From positions 102,642 through 166,641 of the forward strand of contig JACPOS010000009.1 of assembly GCA_016191395.1 (NCBI GenBank): 64,000 bases of DNA. The letters are read 5' to 3'. Positions 10,212-20,240 of the stretch are shown piece by piece. A program made the position numbers and the translations under genes. The DNA is from Chloroflexota bacterium. GTDB taxonomy: Bacteria > Chloroflexota > Limnocylindria > Limnocylindrales > CSP1-4. The first letter of the stretch is position 1, and every line of letters starts with the position of its first letter. The notes below the pieces were generated by a model. It searched no databases. It saw only the letters and a program-made list of their open reading frames with translations, and was not told the DNA's origin.

Positions 10212-10790
10212 TCACGGCGATCCGCCTGCCGCGCGGACGTGAACGCCCTCGCGGGCGAGCAGCTCCCGCTTCAGGTCGAGGCCGGCCTGACGGCCGCCCC
10301 ACCAGCCGCCGCCGTACCCGCCCAGCGACCCGTCGCCCGCGATGACCCGGTGGCAGGGGATCACGAGCCCGATCGGATTGCGGCTCACCGCCCCGCCGAC
10401 GGCGCGCGCCGCGCCCACGCGGCCGATCATCCGCGCCACCTCGCCATAGCTTGCGGTGGAACCGGGCGCGATGCCGCGGACGCCGCCAAGGACGAGCTGG
10501 TCCCAGACGGGGCGATCCGCGATATCGATAGCCAGGCCCTCGAACGCCAGGAGGTCGCCGGCCAGGAAGGCGCGCACGGCCTGGAGCGCGGCACGGAGGT
10601 GCGCGCCGGCCTTGGACTCGCGCGACGCGTCGTCCAGGTCCACGGGCGTCCAGCCGAAGCGGCGCTCCAGCCGCTCCGTGAATGCCTCGGGCGTCACGAG
10701 CTGATCCAGCGCCGTCAGGCCGCGACTCGTCGCGGCGAGCCGAATCGGTCCCCACGGCGCACCGATCGAGGCACTGACGATCCGCTCCAC
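10212..10790 (-). CDS. ogt: Methylated-DNA--protein-cysteine methyltransferase
   Basis: SYGEVA...ARAVG...NPIGLVIPCHRV active-site motif; GTG start inferred. Confidence 0.92.
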   Translation of the reverse strand: MERIVSASIGAPWGPIRLAATSRGLTALDQLVTPEAFTERLERRFGWTPVDLDDASRESKAGAHLRAALQAVRAFLAGDLLAFEGLAIDIADRPVWDQLVLGGVRGIAPGSTASYGEVARMIGRVGAARAVGGAVSRNPIGLVIPCHRVIAGDGSLGGYGGGWWGGRQAGLDLKRELLAREGVHVRAAGGSP

Positions 10791-10814
10791 GACGATGGAG
10801 GATAGGCTTTGCCC

Positions 10815-11324
10815 ATGCCCGAATCGCGCTCCCGAATCGACGTCCCGGCCGATCCGCGCGACCTGCCCGGCGACTTCGCCCACCGGCACCATGTCGAGGT
10901 CCGCCTCTCCGATACCGACGCCATGGGCCACGTGAACAACGCCCGCTACCTGACCTACGTGGAGATCGCCCGGGTCGCGTACTACGAGCAGGTCACCGGC
11001 AATGCCCTGCCGATCGGCGCACACGGGGCGGAGGAGGGGATGATCCTCGCCGAGATCCGGATGACGTACCGAAGCCCGGCGTTCTACGGCGAGACGCTGA
11101 CAATCGAGACGCGGGTCGATCGCATCGGACGGACGAGCTTTGGCATGGTCCACCGGATGACGGCGCCGGAGAGCCGCTACGGGCCGGCGCGCCTCATCGC
11201 GGTCGCCGATTCGACGCTCGTCGCCTACGACTACCAGGCCGAGTGCCCAATCCCGGTCCCCGACGAATGGCGCGCGGGAATGGCCTCGTACGAGGGGCGG
11301 AGCTTCGAGCCCTCGTCCTCCTAG
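10815..11324 (+). CDS. Acyl-CoA thioesterase (4HBT/FadM hot-dog family)
   Basis: VRLSDTDAMGHVNNARYLTYVE motif. Confidence 0.9.
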   Translation: MPESRSRIDVPADPRDLPGDFAHRHHVEVRLSDTDAMGHVNNARYLTYVEIARVAYYEQVTGNALPIGAHGAEEGMILAEIRMTYRSPAFYGETLTIETRVDRIGRTSFGMVHRMTAPESRYGPARLIAVADSTLVAYDYQAECPIPVPDEWRAGMASYEGRSFEPSSS

Positions 11325-12595
11325 ACCTCGAAGCGCTTGAAGACCGCCACGGCGTTCTGGCCGCCGAAGCCGAAGCCGTTGATCATCGCCGCCTCGACCG
11401 GGACCTGGCGCTTCACGTTGGGCACGTAGTCGAGGTCGCAGTCCGGGTCGGGCTCGTGGTAGTTGATGGTCGGGGCGACCCAGCCGTCGCGGATCGCGCC
11501 CACGGCGGCGATCGCCGACAGCGCACCGGCCGCGCCCAGCGTGTGCCCCACCATCGACTTGGGTGAGGAGATCGGGAGCTTGTAGGCGTAATCGCCGAAG
11601 GCGCGCTTGATGGCCCGGGTCTCGGTGACGTCGTTGAGCGGCGTCGAGGTGCCGTGGGCAACGATGTGGTCGATCTCGTTCGGGGCGAGGCCGGCCTGGC
11701 GCAGCGCCTTGGTCATGGCCATGGAGGCGCCCCGGCCGGTCGGCTCGGGGGCGGAGATGTGGTACGCGTCGGAGGTCAGCGCCGCGCCGACGATCTCGGC
11801 GAGGATGGGCGCGCCGCGCTTGAGGGCGTGCTCGGCCGACTCGACGACGAAGACCCCGGCGCCCTCACCGAAGACGAAGCCGTCGCGGGTGCGATCGAAC
11901 GGGCGCGAGGCGCCCTCCGGGTCATCGTTGCGCTTCGACAGCGCGGTCATGTTGGAAAGCGCGGCGAAGGCCATTGCGAGCAGCGGCGCCTCCGACCCGC
12001 CCGCGAGGACGATGTCGCACTCGCCGGAGGCGATGAGCCGGAGCGCGTCCTGGTAGGCGATCACGCCGGAGGCACAGGCCGCGACCTGGGTGATGACCGG
12101 CCCGGTGATGCCGTACTTCATCGACACCTGCGCCGCGGCCATGCTGCCGGACAGGGCCGGAATCGCGAACGGGCTGACCTGCCCGGGACCCCGATCGCGG
12201 ATCGCATCGGCGCCGTTGATGACCTGCTCCATGCCGCCGCCGCCGGTGTTGATGACGACCGCCGCACGATCGCGCTCCTCGGGCGAGAGCGCCTCGAAGT
12301 CCAGGCCGGAATGGTTGACGGCCTCCGTCGCGGCCGCGACCCCGAAGTGGATGAACCGGCTCATCCGGCGGACCATCTTGCGGTCCATCGTCAGGAGCGG
12401 ATCGAAGTCCTTGACCTCGGCCGCGATCTTCACGTCATGGCCCGTGGTGTCGAACGTGGTGATCGGACCGCCGCCTGGGGTGCCCGCGAGCAGGTTGGAC
12501 CAGTACGTCTCGACGTCGTTGCCGATCGGGGTGACCGCGCCCATGCCGGTCACGACGGCGCGTCGCGCGAGATCAGGACTGGGCACGGATTTCAC
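11321..12595 (-). CDS. fabF: Beta-ketoacyl-ACP synthase II, paralog 1
   Basis: VVTGMGAVTPIG; Cys-His-His residues in AACASG, AHGTST, GHTLGAAG; NGFGFGGQN. Confidence 0.93.
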   Translation of the reverse strand: MKSVPSPDLARRAVVTGMGAVTPIGNDVETYWSNLLAGTPGGGPITTFDTTGHDVKIAAEVKDFDPLLTMDRKMVRRMSRFIHFGVAAATEAVNHSGLDFEALSPEERDRAAVVINTGGGGMEQVINGADAIRDRGPGQVSPFAIPALSGSMAAAQVSMKYGITGPVITQVAACASGVIAYQDALRLIASGECDIVLAGGSEAPLLAMAFAALSNMTALSKRNDDPEGASRPFDRTRDGFVFGEGAGVFVVESAEHALKRGAPILAEIVGAALTSDAYHISAPEPTGRGASMAMTKALRQAGLAPNEIDHIVAHGTSTPLNDVTETRAIKRAFGDYAYKLPISSPKSMVGHTLGAAGALSAIAAVGAIRDGWVAPTINYHEPDPDCDLDYVPNVKRQVPVEAAMINGFGFGGQNAVAVFKRFEV

Positions 12596-12711
12596 CTCGG
12601 CTCAAACGCATGCTGCCGGCCCGCGGATTGTAAGCGCGGCTTGGGTCGCCGCTCGGCGTTCGTGCGGAATTCGAGCACGGGCGCCGGGGGTCTTCTCCCC
12701 ATGGCGGAATC

Positions 12712-12920
12712 TGATGACATTTGTTGCATCAGGCGGGTCAGGGTGGAGGGGAGGGAAGGCGCCAGCCATGGCGGAAGCGCGGGCCATGGCGCGAGGGTCG
12801 GCCAAGCAGGGAGCGCCAGCGACGGCGTAAGCACCAGCGAAGGCAGGCGCAACCATCGGATGACCGCCTCGTGGTGTCCTTGCTCCATGACGATCGACGG
12901 TGATGCACCAAATGTCATCG
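12712..12920. repeat. Inverted pair of 20-bp palindromic boxes (TGATGACATTTGTTGCATCA / TGATGCACCAAATGTCATCG) enclosing short GC-rich degenerate repeats
   Basis: Boxes at 12712-12731 and 12901-12920 are 18/20 identical as reverse complements; related boxes at 41291 and 41371. Confidence 0.8.
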
Positions 12921-13342
12921 ATTTCGGCGCCACGGAGACGGATGCCGGCGCTCTCGAGCACGACATCGACGATTTCGAGCTCGACTGGCGCACCGAACCA
13001 CCGGAACCCGCGGCGTCCGCGCGCCCGAAGTCGACGGTCGAGGAACGGTTTGGCCAGGCCGTGATGCGGCTCCGCCTGTACTACGGTTGGTCGCAGCGGG
13101 ACCTCCAGCGGACGTGTGGCGTCCATCAGTCGCAGATCTCGAGACTGGAATCGGGTCGGCAGCGCGGGCTCTCGAGCCGTCGGATCTTCGCGATCCTGCG
13201 GGCGTTGCGCGTCGGCGAGATCGCGTTCCTGCCGCCGCCAACGGGGCCGCAGACGCCGCTCGAGATCATGTTGTTCGGCGATCCGTGGGAACGAGCTGGT
13301 CGCGCCGTCGAGCGCCGCGTCAGTCGCCGTCGTAGCGCTTGA
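12887..13342 (+). CDS. XRE-family HTH protein inserted antisense between the two fabF genes
   Basis: FGQAVMRLRLYYGWSQRDLQRTCGVHQSQISRLESG HTH_3 pattern; stop overlaps the fabF2 3' end; start uncertain (12860 or 12887). Confidence 0.7.
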   Translation: MTIDGDAPNVIDFGATETDAGALEHDIDDFELDWRTEPPEPAASARPKSTVEERFGQAVMRLRLYYGWSQRDLQRTCGVHQSQISRLESGRQRGLSSRRIFAILRALRVGEIAFLPPPTGPQTPLEIMLFGDPWERAGRAVERRVSRRRSA

Positions 13343-14594
13343 AGATGACGGCGCCGTTGTGCCCGCCGAGGCCGATGTTGTTCGAGAGCGCGTAGCGGAT
13401 CGGCATCCGCGCCGTCTCCGGCATGACCCACAGGTCGCACGCCGGGTCGGCGTCGCGGTAGTTGATCGTGCCGGGCACCGTCTGCTCGGCGACCGACATG
13501 ACCGTCGCGAAGGCCTCGAACGCACCGGCGGCGCCCATCATGTGGCCGGTCATCGACTTCGTGCCCGAGATCGCGAGGGACCGGCGGGCGCCCGCGGCGC
13601 GGTCACCGAAGACCGCCCAGATCGCCTCCGCCTCGCGGGCATCGCCGACCGGCGTGGACGTGCCGTGGGGGTTGATCATGTCGACCTCGTCGGCGGGCAC
13701 GCCGCGGCGATCGAGCGCCATCTTCATCGCCCGGGCCGAGCCGATGCCGCCCTCGATGGGCTGGATCATGTCCCAGCCGTCTGCCGCCGAGCCGTAGCCG
13801 ATGACCTCCGCGTAGATCTTCGCCCCTCGCGCCTTCGCGAGCTCCAGGTCCTCGAGGAAGAGCGAGCCCGCTCCCTCGCCGAGGACGAACCCGTTTCGGG
13901 TCGCGTCGAACGGGCGCGAGACGGTCTGGAGCGGCTCGCCCGGACGCGGGGAGCCCATCCCGCGCATGTTCGTGAAGCCGGCGTGCGCAACCTCCAGCAG
14001 CGGCGCTTCGGTGGAGCCGCTGATCACCGCGATGCAGTCACCTCGGCGGATGGCCTCGGCGGCCTCGCCGACGCTGTGCGTGCCCGTGGAGCAGGCCGAG
14101 ACCACGCAGATGTTGTGGCCGATCGCGCCCGTCTCGATCGCGATCATCCCCGACGTCGAGTCCACGAGGGCGTTGGCGATGAACGTGGGCTGGACCCGGT
14201 TCGGGCCCTTCTCCCTGAGCGTCGTGAAGTTCTCGATCATCAGCTGCTGGCCACCCGCGCCCGATCCGAACACGACCCCGACATCGGTCCGATTCGCGTC
14301 GTCGATCTCGAAGCCGGAATCCGCGACCGCCTGCTTGGCCGCGGAGACCCCGTAATGCATCTCGCGCTCGCTGCGGCGCACGGCCTTCGGATCCATCCAC
14401 GCGGCCGGATCGAAGTCCTTCACCTCGCCGCCAGCCTTGTGCTCGTAGCCGGAGACATCGAACCGCGTCAGCTCGGCGAGGCCGGAGCGGCCCTCGACGA
14501 GGCTGGACCAGGCCGTGGCGACGTCATTGCCGACGGAGCTCACGACACCGAGGCCGGTGACGACGACGCGACGCGTGTGATCTGGACTGCGCAC
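13320..14594 (-). CDS. fabF: Beta-ketoacyl-ACP synthase II, paralog 2
   Basis: RRVVVTGLG; SACSTG, PHGTST, GHMMGAAG; AAGGAG RBS before GTG 14594. Confidence 0.93.
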   Translation of the reverse strand: MRSPDHTRRVVVTGLGVVSSVGNDVATAWSSLVEGRSGLAELTRFDVSGYEHKAGGEVKDFDPAAWMDPKAVRRSEREMHYGVSAAKQAVADSGFEIDDANRTDVGVVFGSGAGGQQLMIENFTTLREKGPNRVQPTFIANALVDSTSGMIAIETGAIGHNICVVSACSTGTHSVGEAAEAIRRGDCIAVISGSTEAPLLEVAHAGFTNMRGMGSPRPGEPLQTVSRPFDATRNGFVLGEGAGSLFLEDLELAKARGAKIYAEVIGYGSAADGWDMIQPIEGGIGSARAMKMALDRRGVPADEVDMINPHGTSTPVGDAREAEAIWAVFGDRAAGARRSLAISGTKSMTGHMMGAAGAFEAFATVMSVAEQTVPGTINYRDADPACDLWVMPETARMPIRYALSNNIGLGGHNGAVIFKRYDGD

Positions 14595-14631
14595 GGGTGG
14601 TGCTCTCCTTGGGTCTGATCGGGCGGGTGGG

Positions 14632-15594
14632 TCAGGCGGGGACGAGGAAGGGAAGGTCGAAGGTGTCGCCGGCGAGGGCGTCCTCGAGCGCGACCGTGGT
14701 CGCGTCAGGAGCAATGCGCTTCACGAGGTTCGTCAGGACCTTGCCCGGGCCGACCTCCACGAAGGTGTCGACGCCGTCGGCGGCCATCTGCTGGACCGCG
14801 CGGACCCAGTCGACGCCTGCCGTGAGGTGCTCGACGAGCTCCGCGCGAGCGCCGTCGGCGGTCGCGATCGCGCGGGCATCCGCATTGGCGAGGAGTGGAA
14901 CAGTCGGGTCGTGGAACTGCACGGTCGCGAGGATCCCGCGCATCGCGGCCGCGGCCTCGGCCATGAGCGGGGAGTGGGCGGCGACGGACACCGGCAGGAC
15001 GATCGCTCGCTTCGCACCGAGGCCCTTGGCGAGCTCCGCTGCCGCGTCGATCGAGGCGCGCTCGCCGGACACCACGACCTGGCCGGGCGAGTTCCGGTTC
15101 GCGACGGCGAAGACGCCGTGTGCCGAGGCCTGCCGGACCAACTCGGGGATCGCCGCGTCGTCGAGGCCCAGGATGGCGGCCATCGCGCCGTCCCGGCCCG
15201 CGCCGCTGGCCTGCATCTGAATGCCGCGTTCGCGAACCAGGCGCACGCCGTCCGCGAGATCCAGGGCGCCGGCCGCGACCATCGCCGAGTACTGCCCCAT
15301 GGAGTGGCCGGCGGCGAAGCGCGGTGCCGGCATGTCCATGCCGATCGACGCGGCGCGTTCACTCGCGGCCACGAGGTACGCGATGGAGGCGGCGAGGAGG
15401 GCGGGCTGCGCGTTCTCGGTGCGGTTCAGCTGCTCGTCCGGGCCTTCCCAGGCAAGGGCCGAGATGGACTCGCCAAGCGCGTCATCGGCCGCCGCGAAGA
15501 TCGCGGCAGCCGCGGGGGACGCAGCCGCGAGGGCTCGGCCCATGCCGACGGACTGCGAGCCCTGGCCGGGGAAGATGAAGGCAACGTTGCTCAT
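14632..15594 (-). CDS. fabD: Malonyl-CoA:ACP transacylase
   Basis: AFIFPGQGSQ, AGHSMG, VSVAAHS, EVGPGKVL motifs. Confidence 0.95.
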   Translation of the reverse strand: MSNVAFIFPGQGSQSVGMGRALAAASPAAAAIFAAADDALGESISALAWEGPDEQLNRTENAQPALLAASIAYLVAASERAASIGMDMPAPRFAAGHSMGQYSAMVAAGALDLADGVRLVRERGIQMQASGAGRDGAMAAILGLDDAAIPELVRQASAHGVFAVANRNSPGQVVVSGERASIDAAAELAKGLGAKRAIVLPVSVAAHSPLMAEAAAAMRGILATVQFHDPTVPLLANADARAIATADGARAELVEHLTAGVDWVRAVQQMAADGVDTFVEVGPGKVLTNLVKRIAPDATTVALEDALAGDTFDLPFLVPA

Positions 15595-15687
15595 GGGGCT
15601 CGCAAAGATTGGCCCATCGTGGACCCCGTGAGCGTGGAATGTGTGCGCGCGTGCACACGATCGCTCTTGCGGGGATACGATCTGGCC

Positions 15688-16248
15688 ATGCCGCCACCAG
15701 CTGCCAGGCCCCGGACCGTCCGCGCCATCGCCCGCCGCTTCGAGGCGGACCTGGGAGCGTCGATTCTCGCCTCCGGCCCGCGGATCCCGAACGTCCGCCA
15801 GATCTCGGAGCGCGTGGCGATGGGCCGCGCGCTGTGGCGTGACCTGGTCGTCGGGTTCGCCCACCAGCTCGGCGACCTGCGGCTCGGGTTCACCCAGCTG
15901 GCGGCGCTGTACGTGCTGGCGGACGGGAGCACGACGACCGTGGGCGAGCTCGCCGAGGCACTCGGCCGGTCGCCGTCGGCGACGAGCCGGCTCGTGGACG
16001 GCCTGGCGAAGCGACGGCTGGTGGAGCGACGGGAGGAGCCTGAGGACCGTCGCCAGCGCTCGGTCGCGCTCACGCAGCGCGGCCAGGCGATCCTCCGCGC
16101 CGTGGACCGGGCAAGGGCAGACCAGTTCCTGACGACGGTCCGGCCCATGCCCACGCCGGAGCGCGCGCTCGTGGCGATGGGCGTCGCCGCGCTGGCGACC
16201 CACGCGATCTCCAGGCGCGGCCGCCTCATCAAGGGACCCGCGCGCTAG
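15688..16248 (+). CDS. MarR-family transcriptional regulator, divergent from fabD
   Basis: TVGELAEALGRSPSATSRLVDGL...EDRRQRSVALT winged-HTH pattern. Confidence 0.9.
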   Translation: MPPPAARPRTVRAIARRFEADLGASILASGPRIPNVRQISERVAMGRALWRDLVVGFAHQLGDLRLGFTQLAALYVLADGSTTTVGELAEALGRSPSATSRLVDGLAKRRLVERREEPEDRRQRSVALTQRGQAILRAVDRARADQFLTTVRPMPTPERALVAMGVAALATHAISRRGRLIKGPAR

Positions 16249-16267
16249 CTTCGGGGCTGACCGCGCG

Positions 16268-16798
16268 TTACGCCGGGTTCATCCGCCGGTAGAGCCACGC
16301 GGCGCCGAACAGCACCACCAGCGTGACGATCAGGATCGCGGCGCCGATGAGCTTGTTCTGGGTGGGGACGCCCTCGTGCGCCTCGCTCGGCGACTGGCCC
16401 GGCGCCAGGACCTCGACCTGACCGGTCATGTCCACGGGGTGCACGACGCAGAAGTACGCGTAGGTGCCGGCCTTGTCGAACGTGACGGAGAAGGTGCCAC
16501 CGACCTCCTTGAGCTTGGTCAGGCTGGCATCGGTCTTCTGCGAATCGAACGCGGCGCCCTTGTCGGCATCGGAGGGCTTGCCCGACGTCACCGTATGCGG
16601 CTCGCCGATCGCCTTCGTGACGGACCAGGTCACCGTGTCGCCCTGCGCGACGACGATCTTGGCCGGGGCGAACGACTTGCCGTCGATGCTCACGTTGATG
16701 GTCGCGGCGAGCACGGGCGAGATCGCCACTGCGGCGAGCAACAGGGTGGCGGCCACGAGGCCGAGTCGCCAGGTTCGGTGCACCAACGTCATCCGCAA
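16268..16798 (-). CDS. Secreted plastocyanin/azurin-type cupredoxin with C-terminal membrane anchor
   Basis: Signal peptide; type-1 Cu ligands in PHTV and YFCVVHPVDM; C-terminal TM helix followed by RR. Confidence 0.85.
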   Translation of the reverse strand: MRMTLVHRTWRLGLVAATLLLAAVAISPVLAATINVSIDGKSFAPAKIVVAQGDTVTWSVTKAIGEPHTVTSGKPSDADKGAAFDSQKTDASLTKLKEVGGTFSVTFDKAGTYAYFCVVHPVDMTGQVEVLAPGQSPSEAHEGVPTQNKLIGAAILIVTLVVLFGAAWLYRRMNPA

Positions 16799-18222
16799 AA
16801 CCTCCGCACGGCATCGTAGAGGACCGGCAGGCCCCAGCGAAGGCCGTCCAGCGACACCCGCTCATCGATCCCGTGATAGCGATCGAGATACGTCTCGCCG
16901 GGCGGCTGGCGCAGCGGCGAGAACCCGAACACAGGGACGCCGAGCTGCTGCAGGTGCTTGGCGTCCGTTCCGAACGGCGCCATGACCGGCAGCGCGACGC
17001 CATCGGGGTCGTGGTCGCGGATCACGGCCTCCAGGACCGGGTAGAGGCCGTTCGGGTCCTCGTACGGGGCCACCACCGCGTCCGTCGCGATGAGCAGCTC
17101 GATCTCCGTCACGGCGGCGAGCTCCGGACCGAGCCTGTCGATGATCCGCGCCTCCAGCTCCGGTTCGGTCGTTCCGGGCAGGCGCCGGCAGTCGATCTCC
17201 AGGACGGCCGTTCCCGGGATCACGTTGTACTTCACGCCGGCGTGGAGCACGTTCGTGGACAGCGTGTCGCGGAGCATTGCGTCCAGCGCACGTCCGTAGA
17301 CGGGCGAAAGCAGGGTTGCGAGGCGGCCCGCGGAGATCCCGGTGGAGCCGGCGACGCACGCCTGGAGGAGCCGGGCGGTCTGTGGTTCGGTGGCCTCGAT
17401 CGCCTCCGCCGCTCCCTCGAGGAAGCGCCTCGTGACCTCGGTCATGCGAATCGGGCCGGGCGTCGCGAGGCGGACCACCGCTCTCGCGGCGAGCACGATC
17501 GCGTTGTCGGTGCGCGGCATGGAGCCATGGCCCCAGGTCCCGTGGAACGTGAGGCGGTACGTCGTGATGCCCTTCTCCGCGACCTGGATCGGGTACAGGC
17601 GGCGACCCCGGATGTCCACCGCGACGCCGCCAGCCTCGTTGATCGCGGCCGCCGCCCGGAGGTGCTCTGAGTGCTCCATCGCCAGCCAGCCGGCGCCCGC
17701 GAGGCCGCCCGCCTCCTCGTCCGCCGTCGAGGCGAAGAGGATGTCGCGCCGGAGGCCCGGGACCGGATCGGTCGCCGGGTCCAGGCCGGCGGCGCGCGTC
17801 TCGTCCGCCAGGAGGCGCATCACCTCCAGCTCCATCGCGACCAGGTTCTTCCTGTCCATGGCGCCGCGGCCGTAGATCCAGCCGTCCTCCACATCGCCGG
17901 CGAACGGGTCGTGCGTCCAGCCGTCGAGCGGGGCGGGCACCACGTCCAGGTGCGACAGGAGGAGCAGGGGCTCCCCTCCGGTGCCATCGCCGCGCAGGCG
18001 TGCCACGACCGAGCCACGGCCCGGGACCGGCTCGTACACGGTCGCCGGGATGCCGACGTCGCGGAGCGCGCCGGCGAGAAATCGGGCGACGTCCAGCTCA
18101 GGGCCGGCCGGGTCGGGCGGGTTGATCGACGGGATCCGGATCAGGTCGCGAAGGGACTCCACCAGCCGGTCATGGGCGAGCGCCCAACGCTCGGGGGAGA
18201 TCCGGCCCGAGCCGAGCGCCAT
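16789..18222 (-). CDS. M20/M25/M40 family metallo-hydrolase
   Basis: SHLDVV, YGRGAMD, ADEEAGG, GHGSMP, YHGIDER motifs. Confidence 0.92.
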   Translation of the reverse strand: MALGSGRISPERWALAHDRLVESLRDLIRIPSINPPDPAGPELDVARFLAGALRDVGIPATVYEPVPGRGSVVARLRGDGTGGEPLLLLSHLDVVPAPLDGWTHDPFAGDVEDGWIYGRGAMDRKNLVAMELEVMRLLADETRAAGLDPATDPVPGLRRDILFASTADEEAGGLAGAGWLAMEHSEHLRAAAAINEAGGVAVDIRGRRLYPIQVAEKGITTYRLTFHGTWGHGSMPRTDNAIVLAARAVVRLATPGPIRMTEVTRRFLEGAAEAIEATEPQTARLLQACVAGSTGISAGRLATLLSPVYGRALDAMLRDTLSTNVLHAGVKYNVIPGTAVLEIDCRRLPGTTEPELEARIIDRLGPELAAVTEIELLIATDAVVAPYEDPNGLYPVLEAVIRDHDPDGVALPVMAPFGTDAKHLQQLGVPVFGFSPLRQPPGETYLDRYHGIDERVSLDGLRWGLPVLYDAVRRFCG

Positions 18223-18497
18223 CAACCCGTTCCGAGCAGGAAGTCGAAGCCAAGGAGCTTGGCGATGATCCCGAGCACGAAGCCGCCGAGGATGACGATC
18301 ACGATCATCGCCACGAGGAGCCGGGCATAGCGCCGTTCGCGCCGCTGCGTCTCCTCCAGCTCGGGGTCCAGGCCGCCTGCGATGTACGGAGCCGCGAGGC
18401 CCCGCGCCCTGGCCTGCGTCGCGCGCGGCGAGTCGTACGCGTCCGGATCAGCGGGCAGCTCGTCGGGCGGGAGCTGCTCGGGCGAGTCCTCCACCAT
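18222..18497 (-). CDS. Small membrane protein, hypothetical
   Basis: 91-aa ORF coupled to the ilvD stop and the M20 start; one C-terminal TM segment. Confidence 0.75.
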   Translation of the reverse strand: MVEDSPEQLPPDELPADPDAYDSPRATQARARGLAAPYIAGGLDPELEETQRRERRYARLLVAMIVIVILGGFVLGIIAKLLGFDFLLGTG

Positions 18498-20227
18498 CAG
18501 CCGCGGGCGAGGGCGTCGGCCATGCGCCGGCCGGTGGTCACGGCCCCGTCGCTGGCGGACGAGACGAGGGCCGCGTACTTGGCCATGACGCCGCCGCTGT
18601 AGCGCGGCGCCGGTGCCCGCCATCCGGCGCGCCGCTCGGCGAGGACGGCTTCGGGGACGTTGAGATCCATTCGGCGTGCCTCGACGTCGATGACGATCTC
18701 GTCTCCCTCCTGGACGAGCGCGATCGGGCCGCCGATCGCCGCCTCGGGCGCAACGTGGCCGATCATCAGTCCATGCGTGCCGCCCGAGAAACGGCCGTCC
18801 GTGAGCAGCGCCACCGATTCACCCAGCCCCTCGCCGACGAGCGCGGCGGTCACGCTCAGCATCTCCTGCATGCCCGGACCCCCGACCGGGCCCTCGTAGC
18901 GGATGACGATGACGTCGCCGGGCACGATCAGCCGGTTCTTCACTGCTTCGAAGCACGCGGTCTCCGAGTCGTACACCCGCGCTGGCCCGCGATGGTGGAG
19001 TCGCTCGTGGCCGGCGAGCTTGACCACGCAGCCCTCGGGCGCGAGGGAGCCGCGCAGGATCGCCAGGCCACCGGTGGGCTTCAACGGGTCCTCGATCGAG
19101 TGGACGACCTTCTGGCCGGGCGTCTCCACGGCGTCCGCGGCGATCTTCGCGAGCGTGCGGCCGTCGACGTTCTTCTCGCCGCCGTGGAGCAGGTCGCGCT
19201 TGAGCAGCTCGCGCATGACGAGCGAGATGCCGCCGGCGTCGTACAGGTCGGACGCCGTGTAGCGGCCGCCGGGCGTCATGTCGGCCACGATCGGCGTCCG
19301 GGCGGCGATGGTGTCGAACTCGTCGATCGCCAGGGGGATGCCCAGCTCGTGTGCCAGGGCGAGCAGATGGAGGACCGCGTTGGTGGAGCCGCCGGTCGCC
19401 GCGACCGCCGCGATGGAGTTCTCGATCGCGGCGCGGGTGACGATGGACGACGGCCGGACGTCGTGCCGGACCAAGGTCATCGCCAGCTCGCCGGCCGCTC
19501 GCGCCGCCGCGTCCTTGTCCGGATCCTCGGCCGGAATGCCGTTCAGGCCCGCGGGCGAGAGGCCCAGGAACTCCATGACCATGGACATGGTGTTCGCCGT
19601 GAACTGCCCGCCGCACGCGCCCGCGCCGGGACACGCCGCGCTCTCGATCTCGTACAGCTCCTCCAGGCTCATCTTGCCGGCGCGGTACGCGCCAACCGCC
19701 TCGAAGACGGACACCACCGTCAGGTCGCGGCCCTTGTAGTGGCCCGGGTAGATCGTGCCGTTGTAGAGGACCAGCCCCGGGACATCCAGGCGAGCCATCG
19801 CCATTGCCGCGCCCGGGATGGTCTTGTCGCAGCCGACGAGGCAGACCACGCCGTCGAGCAGGTGGCCGCGCACGACCAGCTCGATGGAGTCGGCGATGAC
19901 ATCGCGGCTGATGAGGCTCGCCTTCATGCCCTCGGTGCCCATCGAGACGCCATCGGAAACGGCGATCGTGTTGAACTCCATCGGCGTGCCGCCGCCGGCC
20001 CTGATGCCCTCCTTCACGAACTCGGCGAGGCGCCGCTGGTTGTACGTGCAGGGCATGGTCTCGATCCACGTCGTCGCCACGCCGACCAGGGGCCTCGCGA
20101 GGTCGTCGTCGGTGAACCCGATGGCCTTGAGCATCGCCCGCGCCGGGGCGCGGTCGGGCCCGTCGGTGAGGGCGTGCGAATGGCGCTTGGCGCCATCGGT
20201 CGGTCGGCCATACGGCAGGTTGGTCAT
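18497..20227 (-). CDS. ilvD: Dihydroxy-acid dehydratase
   Basis: [53 protein letters not shown]. Confidence 0.97.
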   Translation of the reverse strand: MTNLPYGRPTDGAKRHSHALTDGPDRAPARAMLKAIGFTDDDLARPLVGVATTWIETMPCTYNQRRLAEFVKEGIRAGGGTPMEFNTIAVSDGVSMGTEGMKASLISRDVIADSIELVVRGHLLDGVVCLVGCDKTIPGAAMAMARLDVPGLVLYNGTIYPGHYKGRDLTVVSVFEAVGAYRAGKMSLEELYEIESAACPGAGACGGQFTANTMSMVMEFLGLSPAGLNGIPAEDPDKDAAARAAGELAMTLVRHDVRPSSIVTRAAIENSIAAVAATGGSTNAVLHLLALAHELGIPLAIDEFDTIAARTPIVADMTPGGRYTASDLYDAGGISLVMRELLKRDLLHGGEKNVDGRTLAKIAADAVETPGQKVVHSIEDPLKPTGGLAILRGSLAPEGCVVKLAGHERLHHRGPARVYDSETACFEAVKNRLIVPGDVIVIRYEGPVGGPGMQEMLSVTAALVGEGLGESVALLTDGRFSGGTHGLMIGHVAPEAAIGGPIALVQEGDEIVIDVEARRMDLNVPEAVLAERRAGWRAPAPRYSGGVMAKYAALVSSASDGAVTTGRRMADALARG

Positions 20228-20240
20228 GTCGCGGCCAAGT

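Noticed and set aside
5175-10805. Very long antisense or alternative-frame ORFs (e.g. 5175-7619, 7761-10805; likewise 19818-21992, 35848-38310, 51589-54309, 56846-58888)
   Set aside because: Shadow ORFs of high-GC genes; they overlap well-supported CDS and show no recognisable motifs
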